Source: Candidatus Velthaea sp.
Lineage (GTDB): Bacteria > Vulcanimicrobiota > Vulcanimicrobiia > Vulcanimicrobiales > Vulcanimicrobiaceae
DNA: 64,000 nucleotides
Assembly: GCA_965214935.1 (NCBI GenBank)
Contig: CBDCCS010000022.1
Location: 1-64,000, forward strand
Direction: 5' to 3'
Shown in pieces: positions 1 through 11,041 of the stretch; within the stretch, counting starts at the first letter, position 1; each line of letters starts with the position of its first letter. The notes beneath the pieces were generated by a model that saw only the letters and a list, made by a program, of their open reading frames with translations, had not been told where the DNA came from and did no database searches. A program made the position numbers and the translations under genes.

Positions 1-118
1 TGTTGAGATTCCCGGTCATGCGGCTTAGAATCGGTGCAGGCAGCCGTTTACCTCGTGCCGGCGCCCGTTCACCTTGCCTTGAGCGGAGATCGGTTTCGCC
101 ACGCCGGAAAGGTGCGGC

Positions 119-676
119 GTGCGTCCTCTTCGTGAAGCGGCGGTGCTCATGGCGATCTGCGCCCGGCCGCCGCATCGCGTTCTCTTCATCGAACGCGCCG
201 CACATTTGCGCGATCATCCCGGGCAGATCGGGCTTCCCGGCGGGTCCGTCGATCCGGCCGACGGTGACGATCGCACGCGCACCGCATTGCGCGAAGTGCG
301 CGAAGAACTTGGCATCGCCGCCACGCACGTGACGATCGTCGCCCGGCTGCCCGATGTACGTCAGCGCGTTAATACCTTCAACGTCTCTCCGCTCGTCGGC
401 ATCTTGCGCGAGACCGTCTCTCTCACCGTCGATCCAGCCGAAACGGCAGCGGTTTTCGCCGTTCCGCTTGCAGCGATCGTTGCGCCGGGTGCCGTTTTTC
501 GCGGGCTCGAGAACGTGGCCGACCGCGCGATCGAGACGTGGGTTTTCGATTATGACGGCCGGCATATATGGGGTCTGACGGCGCAAATTTTGCCACGACT
601 TCGTCGAACTCTGGCAAGCGCCGCAGTCACCGACGCGTGCGGCGATCGAAGCCGCGCTACTCGTCGCCGCGAGTTA
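119..676 (+). CDS. Nudix hydrolase, CoA pyrophosphatase type (apparent +1 frameshift near 593)
   Basis: HPGQIGLPGG..TALREVREELG Nudix box and C-terminal IWGLTAQIL. Removing one C at ~593 gives ...ILHDFVELWQAPQSPTRAAIEAALLVAAS* ending at TAA 674-676, which removes most of the overlap with the convergent gene. Confidence 0.85.
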
Positions 677-2053
677 ACCTTCGAGCGGCCGGCTCGTCTG
701 CATCGTCTCGAACGGAACGCCGCCCGGACCGAATTTAACCGGCTCGAGTCCGCGCCCGTGTAGCAAATGCGAACTGATCGCGCCGATGCGGATGAGGATC
801 CGGTCGTGACCGAGCAGCGGAAAGAGTAAACGCAACGGCGGACCGTCATGCTTCCCGCTTAGCGCCATGCGCACGGCGGCGAACGCATCGTCATGCGCGA
901 CGCCGAACTCTTGCGCGATGTTCGGTAGATCGGCTTCGAGCGGCAGCTCGCGCAGTTCCGCCTGCGCGTCGACATACTGGCCGACGGCATCCAGGTAAAA
1001 GACGACTTGGCGATTGCGTAACCGTTCGAGTTCAAACGCCGGCACGACGACGGCTTCGGCGCGCAGATCGGCTGCGATCGCCAACCCGTCGGCCAGCGTC
1101 GCAAATTGACTGCCGTACGCTTCGACGAATGTTCCAATCCAACGTTCGGCCGCCGCCGGAATCGGGTCTTCGAGCAAACCCGCACGCTGCATCGCACTTG
1201 CGATAAGGGCCGCAAAATGCTCGGGCGGCAACGCGCGCAGTGCGCGCTCGTTGAGCGCCCGCAACCGCGCGGCGTTGAAATGCGCCGGTGCGTGTGCGAC
1301 GCGTTCTAGCCCGAACGTTTGCATTAGATCCGCACGACTCGGATGGTCGTCGCCGTCGGGTGACGACCAGCCTAAGAGCGCTAAATGCTCGACCACTGCG
1401 TCGGGCAGAAAGCCGTCGGCTCGCAATTGAGCGATCGACGGCAGTTCGGCGCCGTCGTCGGGGAGCAGCGCGCCGATGTGCGCGTAACGCGGCGACGTCA
1501 AACTCAGCGCGCGCTGCACCAGCAACGCGCGAGCCGTTCGTTCCAGCGCGCGATCTTCACGAACATGCAGCGGCGTTCCAAGCACTGCATCGTCGACGGC
1601 GTCGGCAAACGCAGCGTCGATCGCGCCGTCGCTGTAAACAAGGACGATCTCACCGAGCGTGCCGTTGTCGAAGAGGACCGGGCCACGAACCGCATCTTCG
1701 ACGGTCGTGGAACCCGGCGCGACCCGCAATGTGACGAGGCCGCCGGCACTCGACGCATGCCCCGCACCGATGAGCTGTTCGGCATACTCCCGATACAGAG
1801 TCGTCCGGGCGGATGTACGAACCGGCGATGCGCCGACCGTGATCGCAAGCCAGTTGGAATCGTCGGCAATAGCTGTTTCGAGCGCGCTCACTTCAGGGTT
1901 CGTCGCATCGTCGAAACGCAGTCCGATGCCGGCACCGGCGCGCTGAGCCAACAACTGCGTGAAGACGAGACGCCGGGCAGTTGCGGCATCGAGCGCAGCA
2001 TCGACCGATACCCACCAAAGCGGCGCGCTCTGCTCGCCGTTGCTATGTTCCAT
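674..2053 (-). CDS. Glutamyl-tRNA synthetase-like protein with degenerate catalytic motifs and an intact anticodon-binding domain
   Basis: Collinear with GluRS (LRFDD, YAEQLI..GHA, EDAVRG, AVDD, GFLPDAVVEHLALLGWS, VRMALSGKHDGPPL..LLG), but no HIGH or KLSKR motif. Confidence 0.85.
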   Translation of the reverse strand: MEHSNGEQSAPLWWVSVDAALDAATARRLVFTQLLAQRAGAGIGLRFDDATNPEVSALETAIADDSNWLAITVGASPVRTSARTTLYREYAEQLIGAGHASSAGGLVTLRVAPGSTTVEDAVRGPVLFDNGTLGEIVLVYSDGAIDAAFADAVDDAVLGTPLHVREDRALERTARALLVQRALSLTSPRYAHIGALLPDDGAELPSIAQLRADGFLPDAVVEHLALLGWSSPDGDDHPSRADLMQTFGLERVAHAPAHFNAARLRALNERALRALPPEHFAALIASAMQRAGLLEDPIPAAAERWIGTFVEAYGSQFATLADGLAIAADLRAEAVVVPAFELERLRNRQVVFYLDAVGQYVDAQAELRELPLEADLPNIAQEFGVAHDDAFAAVRMALSGKHDGPPLRLLFPLLGHDRILIRIGAISSHLLHGRGLEPVKFGPGGVPFETMQTSRPLEG

Positions 2054-2157
2054 CGCTTAGGCTTACCCATCATCAAGCGCGTGCGCCATGCTGCGCTCGA
2101 CCGCTCTCCGCGTTCCAATGACATCATCGTTGCTGTCGCTGCGCGAGCGTATTTGTG

Positions 2158-2925
2158 TCAGCGGTTCGATGGACCGGCACCCGCTGTTGCCAACGCGACG
2201 GCATCGGCACCGGCGGGGATGCGCATCGCGGACAATGGGTCGTTTGCCGCGTGCCACACCGCTTGGGCCACGTCTTCCGATCGCGTCAGCGGCGCGGACC
2301 CTGAATCGGCCATCCGCGCAAAGAGCCCCCGTGCAAGCTCGGCGTACGGCTCGGAGACCGTATTCTGCATCCGCGGCCCGGCATTAATGCTAAAGCGTGT
2401 TTCCGGCGAACGCCCGGGCAGTACCAGACGCACGCGAATGCCGAACGGCTCGAGTTCGAGTGCGAGCGACTCGGTGAATGCGTTAACTGCCGCCTTACTG
2501 GCGGTGTAAACGGACAACATGAGCAGCGGACGCAACGTTACGGTTGACGAGACGTTAACGATGACGCCGGACTTACGGGCTCGAAACTGCGGCAGCACGG
2601 CTTGAACCATCGCCATCGTACCGTATGCGTTCGTCTCGAAGATTTCACGCGCCAACTCCATCGGCGTCGCTTCAAAGGCGCTAATCAATCCAATACCGGC
2701 ATTGTTGACGAGTACGTCGATCGGGCCGGCAGCTTCTACGCCCCGGCGAATACTCTCGGGATCGGTCACGTCCAGGGCTAGCACGCGTAAGCGTGGCGAA
2801 GGCGCAAGAACGTCGTCGCGATCCGTGCGCATTGTCGCAATGACTTGCCAGTCCCGTTCGAGGAAATAGCGGGCGGTTTCAAGGCCATAGCCGGACGAAC
2901 ATCCGGTGATAAGAACGGTTTTCAT
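2158..2925 (-). CDS. SDR family oxidoreductase
   Basis: TGCSSGYG, NNAG and YTASK motifs. Confidence 0.95.
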   Translation of the reverse strand: MKTVLITGCSSGYGLETARYFLERDWQVIATMRTDRDDVLAPSPRLRVLALDVTDPESIRRGVEAAGPIDVLVNNAGIGLISAFEATPMELAREIFETNAYGTMAMVQAVLPQFRARKSGVIVNVSSTVTLRPLLMLSVYTASKAAVNAFTESLALELEPFGIRVRLVLPGRSPETRFSINAGPRMQNTVSEPYAELARGLFARMADSGSAPLTRSEDVAQAVWHAANDPLSAMRIPAGADAVALATAGAGPSNR

Positions 2926-2998
2926 TCTTCAACGGTAGACGATCGACTTCGGACTCGCTACAATTAGGAGTCGCTATTTCTTTGTTCGGAGTCCCGAG

Positions 2999-3907
2999 AT
3001 CACCGATCCGCTTGCCGAAGTCGTCTTGCTCTTAGAACCAAATGCGCCGTTCTCCAAAGTCGTAAGCGCAGCCGGCCGTTGGCAGGTCCGTCGCTCGGAA
3101 TACGGGCGGCCTTTCTACTGTGTCGTCCTCGAGGGATCGTGTTTGCTCGCGATTGACGGAGGCAGGCAACTGACTCTCGCGCCGGGCGATTTTGTGTTGA
3201 TCCCGTCGGCCGACAGTTTTACGATGTCGAGTCTCGAGCCGGCCGCAGTGCCGGACGTGCCGGTCGAACGTGCGGACGGGGAGTTTCGGCGTCGGCCTGC
3301 AGACCGGCGCGCCGGACATGCGGTCCCTCATCGGATACTGCGAATTCGGTTCACCCGACGCTGCGTTATTGGTATCGTTGCTCCCGCGGCTCGTACACGT
3401 GCGCGACGATGAACGGCTTGCAACCCTCGTGCAATTAGTGGGGCGAAGAGTCTCGGGCACAACGGCCCGCACGCGACATCGTGTTGGCGCGCCTGCTCGA
3501 AGTGCTGCTCATCGAAGCGCTGCGTTCGATCGCGAATACGTCGGCGCCGTCGGGTCTTCTGCGCGGTTTAACCGACGAGCGTCTTGCGATCGCTCTCCGC
3601 GCAATGCACGAACATCCGGCGGCGGCCGTGGACCGTCGCACAGCTCGCCAAAGAAGCAGCGCTGTCGCGGTCTGTATTCTTCGAGCGCTTCAACCGCGCC
3701 GTCGGTGTCACCCCGATGGAATATCTGTTTGGGTGGCGCATGGCGCTTGCCAAAAAATTGCTGCGTCAAAACGAGACCGACGTCGCCGACATTGCCGACC
3801 GCGTCGGCTACAGCTCCGCAAGTACCTTTAGCGTTGCATTCGCGCGCAACGTGGGACTGCCGCCGATGCGCTATGCGCGCGAGATTCGCGACACGAACCG
3901 AATGTGA
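2999..3907 (+). pseudogene. AraC-family regulator (cupin + HTH) split by three frameshifts (pseudogene or sequencing error)
   Basis: Pieces in successive frames: DPLAEVVLLL..GDFVLIP; SLIGYCEFGSPDAALLVSLLP; LARLLEVLLIEALR; PWTVAQLAKEAALSRSVFFERF..VGYSSASTFSVAF. Divergent from the SDR gene. Confidence 0.85.
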
Positions 3908-4264
3908 TTGGGTAATTGTTCGTACACAATCTCCGCGATCAACTCTCTGCAATCGCGATCGCTGGCAAAATCCGCGATAACACCGAACCGCCGGGGCTAA
4001 GTTCACGGCTTCAGCACATCGCTCCAATCGGTCGGAAATTTTTTGGCGGCGTTCCCGATCAAAACTATAACCATGCGCTTTTGCCCACGCTGCAAGCTTT
4101 AAGGTCAACGCACTTCTAGGCTTTGCGGACAGACCGGAAGCGGGCGACACGGTAATCTCTCCGTTCACGTACGCGAAGCGCATGCCGGGGTTGTCGATCG
4201 ACCATTGAATGATCTGCTCGTCGGTCGGCGGAGAGTGGCATTCTTCGACGACTTCGCGCAGCAC
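3900..4264 (-). pseudogene. Possible Uma2-family (PD-(D/E)XK) endonuclease remnant
   Basis: The N-terminus NPGMRFAYVNGEITVSPASG..LKLAAWAK resembles the Uma2 start; the catalytic core is not recognisable and the frame degrades. Confidence 0.45.
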
Positions 4265-4377
4265 GAATCCGCTTCGCAGTCAGCGAGTCCCGTAATCGGC
4301 AAAGGCGACCGATACAACTTGGCACGAAGAGTCGGTTCGCAACCGTGCCGAAGATACGACTCGGTATGCTTCGGCGG

Positions 4378-4866
4378 TCAGGCCTCGCCGTGACGCTCGC
4401 GATGCACGAGTGCCACGGCATATGCCGCGACACCGCTGCCGTCGCCCGTATAGCCGAGCCCTTCGCTCGTTTTTGCTTTGATGCTCACGCAACCGACGTC
4501 GACGGCGAGCACTTCAGCTAGACGTTCGCGCATGTCGCCGATGAACGGCGCGAGCTTGGGCCGCTGCACGACGATCGTCGCGTCGATGTTGCCGATCGAA
4601 AAGCCATGCCGGACCGTGAGTTCGTGCACGGCTGCGAGCAGCCGCATCGAATCGACGCCTTTCCACTGCGGATCGGTGTCCGGGAAATGCCCGCCTAGAT
4701 CACCAAGGGCACAGGCACCGAGCAGCGCATCGCTGACGGCATGGGCGAGTACATCGGCGTCGCTATGACCGAGCGGTCCGGTTTCATGCGGAATGGTGAT
4801 GCCGCCGAGGATGAACGGCCGTCCGGCAACTAAGCGGTGTACGTCGAAGCCGTGGCCGACCCGCAT
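4378..4866 (-). CDS. ispF: 2-C-methyl-D-erythritol 2,4-cyclodiphosphate synthase
   Basis: [30 protein letters not shown]. Confidence 0.97.
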   Translation of the reverse strand: MRVGHGFDVHRLVAGRPFILGGITIPHETGPLGHSDADVLAHAVSDALLGACALGDLGGHFPDTDPQWKGVDSMRLLAAVHELTVRHGFSIGNIDATIVVQRPKLAPFIGDMRERLAEVLAVDVGCVSIKAKTSEGLGYTGDGSGVAAYAVALVHRERHGEA

Positions 4867-5804
4867 CATGCGCGGGCGAAATGTGAGAGGTGCGTTGTAA
4901 ACAGCGCATCTTCACCGGCTAAAACTTGCAGCCGCATGCCGAAGCCGCGCAGTGCTTCGCGATCGGCGTAGGCGCGAATTGCGACGGCCGCCGGTAAATC
5001 GCGATCGATGCCGTCGATACGGGCCGAACGCGCTTCAAGTTCTCCAAGTACGGCGTCGACGGCACGTTCGTGCACGAAGCATTCGACGACGAGTACTTCG
5101 ATTTCATCGACGCCGGCCGGCGGCGTGCGCGCCGCGAGAATTCGTTCGGCTCGTTCGAGGTCGCCGGGCAAAGTAACTTTGAAGTTGTCCGCCGACGCCT
5201 CAACCACCACCACGTCGATACCGCCGCGTTCGAGCAGTGCCGCATCGTCGGTGGCCGGCGGCCAGTGCAAACGCACGGCATCGGCATGTACGCCTTGCAA
5301 ATCGCGGCGCGCGGCGCATTGCGGCGTTTGTGCGGCCCATAAGGCGGCGCGCTCGAGCGTTTGAACGACTTTCCCGCCGGCCCCAACAACTTTGATCGTG
5401 TCGATGACGGGCGCGGCTAGCAACGCCGCGCGTCCGGGCCGCACCAATCGCATCGCGGCCCGGATTTCAGTCGCCCGTACCAGCGGTCGCGCGCCATCGT
5501 GCACGAGCACCCCGGCGCTGTCTTGCGGCAGCGCGGCGATACCGAGCCGAACGCTGTCTTGCCGCGTTACGCCGCCCGGTACGATCTGCACGCGCAGGCG
5601 ATGCGCGAACGGACGCACCGCGGCGCCGATCGCATCAATATATTCGGGCTCGGTAACGACCACGAGGTCGTCGATTTCAGGCATGGCGGCGAGGGTTTGC
5701 ACCGACCAGGCCACGAGCGGTTTACCGCCGAGTTCGACGAGTTGCTTGGGCCGGCCGAAGCGCGTACCGCGTCCGGCGGCAACCACGACTGCGCCCCAAA
5801 TCAT
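4866..5804 (-). CDS. ispD: MEP cytidylyltransferase with an extra C-terminal EF-G domain V-like module
   Basis: [33 protein letters not shown]; ~80 extra C-terminal residues. Confidence 0.95.
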   Translation of the reverse strand: MIWGAVVVAAGRGTRFGRPKQLVELGGKPLVAWSVQTLAAMPEIDDLVVVTEPEYIDAIGAAVRPFAHRLRVQIVPGGVTRQDSVRLGIAALPQDSAGVLVHDGARPLVRATEIRAAMRLVRPGRAALLAAPVIDTIKVVGAGGKVVQTLERAALWAAQTPQCAARRDLQGVHADAVRLHWPPATDDAALLERGGIDVVVVEASADNFKVTLPGDLERAERILAARTPPAGVDEIEVLVVECFVHERAVDAVLGELEARSARIDGIDRDLPAAVAIRAYADREALRGFGMRLQVLAGEDALFTTHLSHFARA

Positions 5805-6919
5805 AGGCGTTTTGTGCGGGCGAAAATCATTCGGCCGGCCATCGTTTGCAAAGCGCTCGTTACCGATACGTCGACCGTCTCGCCAATGAGCCGGCGCCCG
5901 TTTTCAATGACGATCATCGTCCCGTCGTCTAAATAACCGACACCCTGATGCGCTTCTTTACCTTCTTTGACAACCGCGACGCGCAGTTCTTCGCCCGGCA
6001 ATAATACCGGTTTTACCGCGTTCGCGAGTTCGTTGATGTTGAGCACGGCGACGCCTTCGACATGCGCGACGCGATTGAGGTTGTAATCGTTCGTGACGAG
6101 TTTCCCGCCGCGCTCCTGGGCCAATCGCACGAGCTTCGCATCGACGGCCGTAATATCGTCGAAATCGCGTTCGACGATCTCGAGCGTCGCTGCCGCTTGC
6201 AACTTTGTCAGCACTTCAAGTCCGCGACGGCCGCGCGTGCGTTTGAGCGAATCACCGGAGTCAGCGATCAATTGCAACTCACGCAGGACGAAGCGCGGCA
6301 AAACGAGCGGACCTTCGAGAAAACCGGCCTCGACGATCTCCAAAATGCGGCCGTCGATCACGACCGACGTATCGATAATTTTTGCGACACCGCTCGACGC
6401 CACGGCAAGCGGGACCGAACTGCTGAAGCGGCCGAGCATCACCCGCTGCTTCGCGCCGACGCGCGCACCTAAATAGGCTGCAAACAAACTGATGACCAGA
6501 TACAAAACGATCGCGATATAACCGCCGGTCGGACCGGCTACGGTAATGAACTCGAAGAGCACGCTCTTGGCGAGAAAGGCGATGACTAAGCCCGTCGTTA
6601 AACCGATCGCGCCGCCGACGAGCTCGCCCGGCGCGAGCCGTTCGATGGCACGTTCGACGGTAATGAGTTCGGCTTCAAACAACGATTGCGCCGCCGGGAC
6701 GAGCAGCACGCCGATGAGCGCACCGGCAATCGGTGCAACGATGAGCAGCACCACTTGCCAGAATTCGCTGGCAACATGAATCGAGATTGCGTGCGTGTAC
6801 GCTTCGCGGCCAAGCAGAAATCCGGTCGTGCCGAAAATTGCGGCGAACACCAGCCGCAGCAGCGCCGCCGCGGCGCGCGCGCCCGGACTAACGACCGCCG
6901 AGGAACGCGCCACAAACAT
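5801..6919 (-). CDS. Membrane PIN/TRAM domain protein (YacL family)
   Basis: Several TM helices, [31 protein letters not shown]; usual position before ispD. Confidence 0.95.
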   Translation of the reverse strand: MFVARSSAVVSPGARAAAALLRLVFAAIFGTTGFLLGREAYTHAISIHVASEFWQVVLLIVAPIAGALIGVLLVPAAQSLFEAELITVERAIERLAPGELVGGAIGLTTGLVIAFLAKSVLFEFITVAGPTGGYIAIVLYLVISLFAAYLGARVGAKQRVMLGRFSSSVPLAVASSGVAKIIDTSVVIDGRILEIVEAGFLEGPLVLPRFVLRELQLIADSGDSLKRTRGRRGLEVLTKLQAAATLEIVERDFDDITAVDAKLVRLAQERGGKLVTNDYNLNRVAHVEGVAVLNINELANAVKPVLLPGEELRVAVVKEGKEAHQGVGYLDDGTMIVIENGRRLIGETVDVSVTSALQTMAGRMIFARTKRL

Positions 6920-8015
6920 CGTTGGCGAGAAACCGGCCGCGCTGCGTCAACTGCACGCGCTCGCCGGCGATGCGCAACATTCCCGCAGCGCTCAGATCGT
7001 CGATCACCACGCGATAACGCTGAAAAAAATCAACGTCGTAGCGCTGCGCAAATTCACGCGTATCGACTCCCTCGAGCGTTCGCAGGGCAAGCATCGTTGC
7101 TTCGCCGGTGCGCTCGTCGCCCACGAGCATCTCACGTTCGCCTGGGATTTCGCTGCCGCTCAGCGCCGCGATGCAGTACGTCTCGAAGTCCCGCGTGTGC
7201 GTCGAGCGCACGCCGTTGAGATAAGCTGCGGCACCGACGCCCAGACCGACGTAGCTTCCGTTTTGCCAATAATTTGCGTTGTGCACGCAGCGAAAACCCG
7301 GCCGCGCGAAATTCGAGATTTCGTAATGCTCGAAACCCGCTTGCGCGGCGCGTTCGATCGCGATCGTATAGAGTTCGGCTTCTCGATCGCTGTCGAAGAA
7401 AGCGCCGGGTTCACGTGCGTACCAGCGAGCGTACGGGGTGTCGTCTTCGATCGTCAGCCCGTAACTCGAAAGGTGATCGATACCGAGTTCGAAGGCGTGA
7501 TCGAGGGAACGCGCCCACGACTGCGCGGTTTGTCCCGGCACGCCGAACATCAGATCGATGCTAACGTTGGTAAAATCCGCTGCGCGCGCGCGCGCGATAA
7601 CGATCGCGACGTCGGCGGCGCTATGCCGCCGGCCGAGCGTCTGCAGTTCGCGCGCATCGAACGATTGCACGCCGATCGATAGCCGGTTAACGCCCGCGGA
7701 GCGCAACGCCGGCAATTGTTCGCACAGCGCGAGATCGGGATTGATCTCAACGGAGATTTCGGCGTCCGCGGGCAGGCTGAAACGCCGGCGCAATCGCGCG
7801 ATGATATCCCCGATGGCGCCTGCGTCATACGTGTTGGGCGTACCGCCGCCGAAGAAGAGCGTCGAACCGGGAAGCGGCGGTGCCGCCGCGATCTCCGCGT
7901 GCAACGCCTGCAAATACCGTTCGGCTCGGGCTTGTGCGTACGGCCATTTCGCAAAGTCGCAGTACGGACAAACGTAGGGGCAAAATGGTAAATGGACGTA
8001 AAGCGCGGCGGACAT
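6888..8015 (-). CDS. hemW: Radical SAM heme chaperone HemW
   Basis: [35 protein letters not shown]. Confidence 0.93.
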   Translation of the reverse strand: MSAALYVHLPFCPYVCPYCDFAKWPYAQARAERYLQALHAEIAAAPPLPGSTLFFGGGTPNTYDAGAIGDIIARLRRRFSLPADAEISVEINPDLALCEQLPALRSAGVNRLSIGVQSFDARELQTLGRRHSAADVAIVIARARAADFTNVSIDLMFGVPGQTAQSWARSLDHAFELGIDHLSSYGLTIEDDTPYARWYAREPGAFFDSDREAELYTIAIERAAQAGFEHYEISNFARPGFRCVHNANYWQNGSYVGLGVGAAAYLNGVRSTHTRDFETYCIAALSGSEIPGEREMLVGDERTGEATMLALRTLEGVDTREFAQRYDVDFFQRYRVVIDDLSAAGMLRIAGERVQLTQRGRFLANDVCGAFLGGR

Positions 8016-8017
8016 TG

Positions 8018-9025
8018 CTACGCACTGACCTTTTCGACGTTTGCGGCGATCTCACCGACGAGATTCGCGCCGGCTTCGAGCGCCGCCGCCTTGATTGCAT
8101 TGCGAATCGCATTGCGATTGGAGCGCCCATGTGCGACGATGCAATTCCCGCGAACGCCTAGAAGCGGGGCGCCGCCGTACGTCCCGTAATCGAGCTTCTT
8201 CTTCATCGAGGCAAAAGCCGGCCGCGCGAGCAACCCGCCGAACTTTGCCAGCGGTGAAGAGCTCGCGAATGCGTCGCTCAAGCTGACTTGAAAAAAAGAA
8301 CCGACCCCTTCGGCGAGTTTGAGCATAACGTTGCCGACGAAACCGTCGGCAACGACGACATCGGCGACGGAGTTGAGCAAATCTTTGCCTTCGATATTGC
8401 CGATAAAGTTCAGCGGTGCGGTGGCCAGCAATTCGGCGGCTTCGATGGCTTGCGCGTTGCCCTTGGTGCGCTCTTCGCCGTTGGAGATCAAACCGACGCG
8501 CGGATTCTCGATACCGAGCGCCGCGTGAGCGTAGGCCGAACCCATGATCCCGAATTGCATCATCCACTCGGGCCGGCAATCGACGTTGGCTCCGGCGTCG
8601 ACGAGCACGGTCGGGCCGGATTTCCCCGGCAAGACCGCGGCAATCGCCGGGCGCGCAATGCCGGGAATGCGGCGCAGCCGGATCAGGGCGATAGCCAGAA
8701 ACGCACCGCTGTTACCTGCCGAAACAACCGCATCGGCAGCTCCGGTCCGCACCAGTTCGATTGCTTCACCGAGGCTCGTACCGGCTGCGTTGCGCCCGGC
8801 CGACGAGGCCGGCGCATCCATTGCGACGATCCCGGCGGCATGCACGACCTCGATGCCCGTGCAGCGACTCTTGGACAAAATCGGAGCGATCCGCTCGCGA
8901 TCGCCGACGAGGATCATGCTGCCTAGACCATCTCGGTGGGCGAGAATCGTCCCTTCGACGATCTCGCCCGGGGCATCGTCGCCGCCCATGGCGTCGATGG
9001 CGATCCGGGGCTTAGCCTTGAACAT
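8018..9025 (-). CDS. plsX: Phosphate acyltransferase PlsX
   Basis: IAIDAMGGDDAP, SAGNSGA, DAGANVD, GGAPLLG. Confidence 0.97.
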   Translation of the reverse strand: MFKAKPRIAIDAMGGDDAPGEIVEGTILAHRDGLGSMILVGDRERIAPILSKSRCTGIEVVHAAGIVAMDAPASSAGRNAAGTSLGEAIELVRTGAADAVVSAGNSGAFLAIALIRLRRIPGIARPAIAAVLPGKSGPTVLVDAGANVDCRPEWMMQFGIMGSAYAHAALGIENPRVGLISNGEERTKGNAQAIEAAELLATAPLNFIGNIEGKDLLNSVADVVVADGFVGNVMLKLAEGVGSFFQVSLSDAFASSSPLAKFGGLLARPAFASMKKKLDYGTYGGAPLLGVRGNCIVAHGRSNRNAIRNAIKAAALEAGANLVGEIAANVEKVSA

Positions 9026-9136
9026 GCACGGCGCTCACATCGGCGACGGGTTCGCGAATTCCGACGCCATACCGCTTGAGGCGCACGCGTTTTTTCGCTT
9101 GCCACGGCTTTGAACGCATGGTATGCTTCCTCCGTT

Positions 9137-9325
9137 ATGGCCAAGAGATGTGACGTGTGCGGCAAAGGCCCGATGGCGGGAAACAATGTCAGCCATGCAA
9201 TGAATAAAACCAAGCGGCGCTGGCTGCCGAATCTTCAGGCCGTACGTATCAACGATCGCGGCACTCACGTCACGGCTCGCGTCTGCACGAGTTGTCTGCG
9301 TAGCCGCCGCGTCAAGCGCGCCTAA
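9137..9325 (+). CDS. rpmB: 50S ribosomal protein L28 (Cys-containing form)
   Basis: [37 protein letters not shown]. Confidence 0.98.
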   Translation: MAKRCDVCGKGPMAGNNVSHAMNKTKRRWLPNLQAVRINDRGTHVTARVCTSCLRSRRVKRA

Positions 9326-9349
9326 CCTTCGCACGTATAGCAGTAAGAG

Positions 9350-9371
9350 AGGCGCCGCCAGGCGCCTTTTT
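9350..9371 (+). terminator. Intrinsic terminator after rpmB
   Basis: aggcgcc-gcca-ggcgcct hairpin running into a short T tract. Confidence 0.65.
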
Positions 9372-9389
9372 CACGTTGCGTCGGCTGAC

Positions 9390-10370
9390 TCACGGCCGCA
9401 AGTGGTCCCACCCGGCGGCAATAAGCGGCATCCCGCCGGGATCGCGCAGGCCCATCTCGCTTTCGACGGTGCCGACGCGCTCGAGCGGACGCCCGAAACG
9501 CCCGGCGAAGCGCGCGGCCAGATACGAAAACGCACGCGCATCGATGGCGGCGATGAGTTCGTAATCCTCGCCGCCGTCAAGCGCGTACGCGAGCGGATCG
9601 TCGGCGCCGAGCGCGGCGGCGGCAGCAACACCGGGATGAACCGGTACGTGCTCGATCGTAGCACCCCGGCCCGACGCCGTACACAAACGCGCCACATCGG
9701 TGGACAAGCCATCCGAGCAATCCATGAGCGCGTGAACGTTTGTTGAAGCGCCCAGCCAACGGCCCTCGGCTAACCGCGGTTGAGGCCGGCGAAACGCACG
9801 GACGACCTCGACGAAACGCGCGTCCTCGGCTTGGGCGGCAAAGTCGCGCAGGATGCCGAGTCCCGCTCGGCTTGCCCCCAGTGGCCCGGTCACGGCAATG
9901 ACATCGCCCGTGCGTGCACCGCTGCGCCGTTTGAGGTTCGAGGTACGAACTTCGCCGACAACCGTGATGACGATAACGATCGCGGGCGCGCGCGTGATGT
10001 CGCCGCCCGCTAAAGCGCAATTCGCCGGCCCGGCAATTTCAGCCATCCCGCGATAACATTCGTAGATCCAATCGTCGTCACCGGTACCCGGAACGCCCAA
10101 GGCAATCGTTGCCAAAATCGGCCGGGCGCCCATTGCGGCTATGTCGGATAAATTTGCGGCGAGCGCCCGATAACCGATGTCGCGGGCCGACATGAACGAG
10201 CGGCGAAAATGCACGTCTTCGACCAGTGCATCCGTTGTAATGACCGACAAGTTCGAGCGCGACGGCCGCCAGACTGCCGCATCGTCACCGATCCCGAGCA
10301 CGACGTTGTGAGGTGCAGCGCCCGCGCATATCTCGCGCAGTCCCGCGACGAGCTGATCTTCACTCGTCAC
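9390..10370 (-). CDS. thiL: Thiamine-monophosphate kinase
   Basis: GIGDDAA, NLSDIAAMGA, GGD, DCSDGL, GGEDYEL. Confidence 0.97.
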   Translation of the reverse strand: MTSEDQLVAGLREICAGAAPHNVVLGIGDDAAVWRPSRSNLSVITTDALVEDVHFRRSFMSARDIGYRALAANLSDIAAMGARPILATIALGVPGTGDDDWIYECYRGMAEIAGPANCALAGGDITRAPAIVIVITVVGEVRTSNLKRRSGARTGDVIAVTGPLGASRAGLGILRDFAAQAEDARFVEVVRAFRRPQPRLAEGRWLGASTNVHALMDCSDGLSTDVARLCTASGRGATIEHVPVHPGVAAAAALGADDPLAYALDGGEDYELIAAIDARAFSYLAARFAGRFGRPLERVGTVESEMGLRDPGGMPLIAAGWDHLRP

Positions 10371-11041
10371 CCTCGCGTAAGTTGGGCGCGCAGGCGCATT
10401 TCATGCAAAGCCGCCGGCGGATCGGCGGCGCCGAAAATACTCGAACCGCCGACGAGAATATCGGCGCCTGCCGCGACGGCGCGCTCGATTGTTTGCAAGC
10501 CGATACCGCCGTCGACTTCAATTTCGCAAGCGGGATGACGCTCGTCGCGCAACGCTCGCGCTTGCGATAGTTTCGTCAGCGCGCGCTCGATGAACGGCTG
10601 ACCGCCGAAACCTGGATTGACGCTCATGACCAGCAGCAGATCGATGTCTTCGATGAGATCGGTCAACATCGCAATCGGCGTACCGGGGTTCACACCCAAA
10701 CCGGCTTTGGCACCGGTTGAGCGGATGTATTGCAGTAGGCGCTGTTGGTGCACGGTCGCTTCGTAATGGAACGTAATGTAATCCGCGCCGGCCGTGCGGA
10801 ACTCATCGACGTAGCGTTCGGGCTCGACGATCATGAGATGACAATCGAACGGCAGCGGCGTGAGCTTGCGCAGATCCGCGACGATTTTGGGACCCCAGGT
10901 GATGTTGGGGACGAAGCGTCCATCCATCGAATCGAGATGAATGATATCGGCACCGGCGCGTTCGACCATCGCGATGTTGTCGGCAATCGCGGCGAAATCG
11001 GCAGCTAACAACGACGGCGCAATTTTGATCCGGGCGCTCAC
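10367..11041 (-). CDS. rpe: Ribulose-phosphate 3-epimerase
   Basis: IAPSLLAADF, MDGRFVPN, MSVNPGFGGQ, EVDGG. Confidence 0.97.
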   Translation of the reverse strand: MSARIKIAPSLLAADFAAIADNIAMVERAGADIIHLDSMDGRFVPNITWGPKIVADLRKLTPLPFDCHLMIVEPERYVDEFRTAGADYITFHYEATVHQQRLLQYIRSTGAKAGLGVNPGTPIAMLTDLIEDIDLLLVMSVNPGFGGQPFIERALTKLSQARALRDERHPACEIEVDGGIGLQTIERAVAAGADILVGGSSIFGAADPPAALHEMRLRAQLTRG

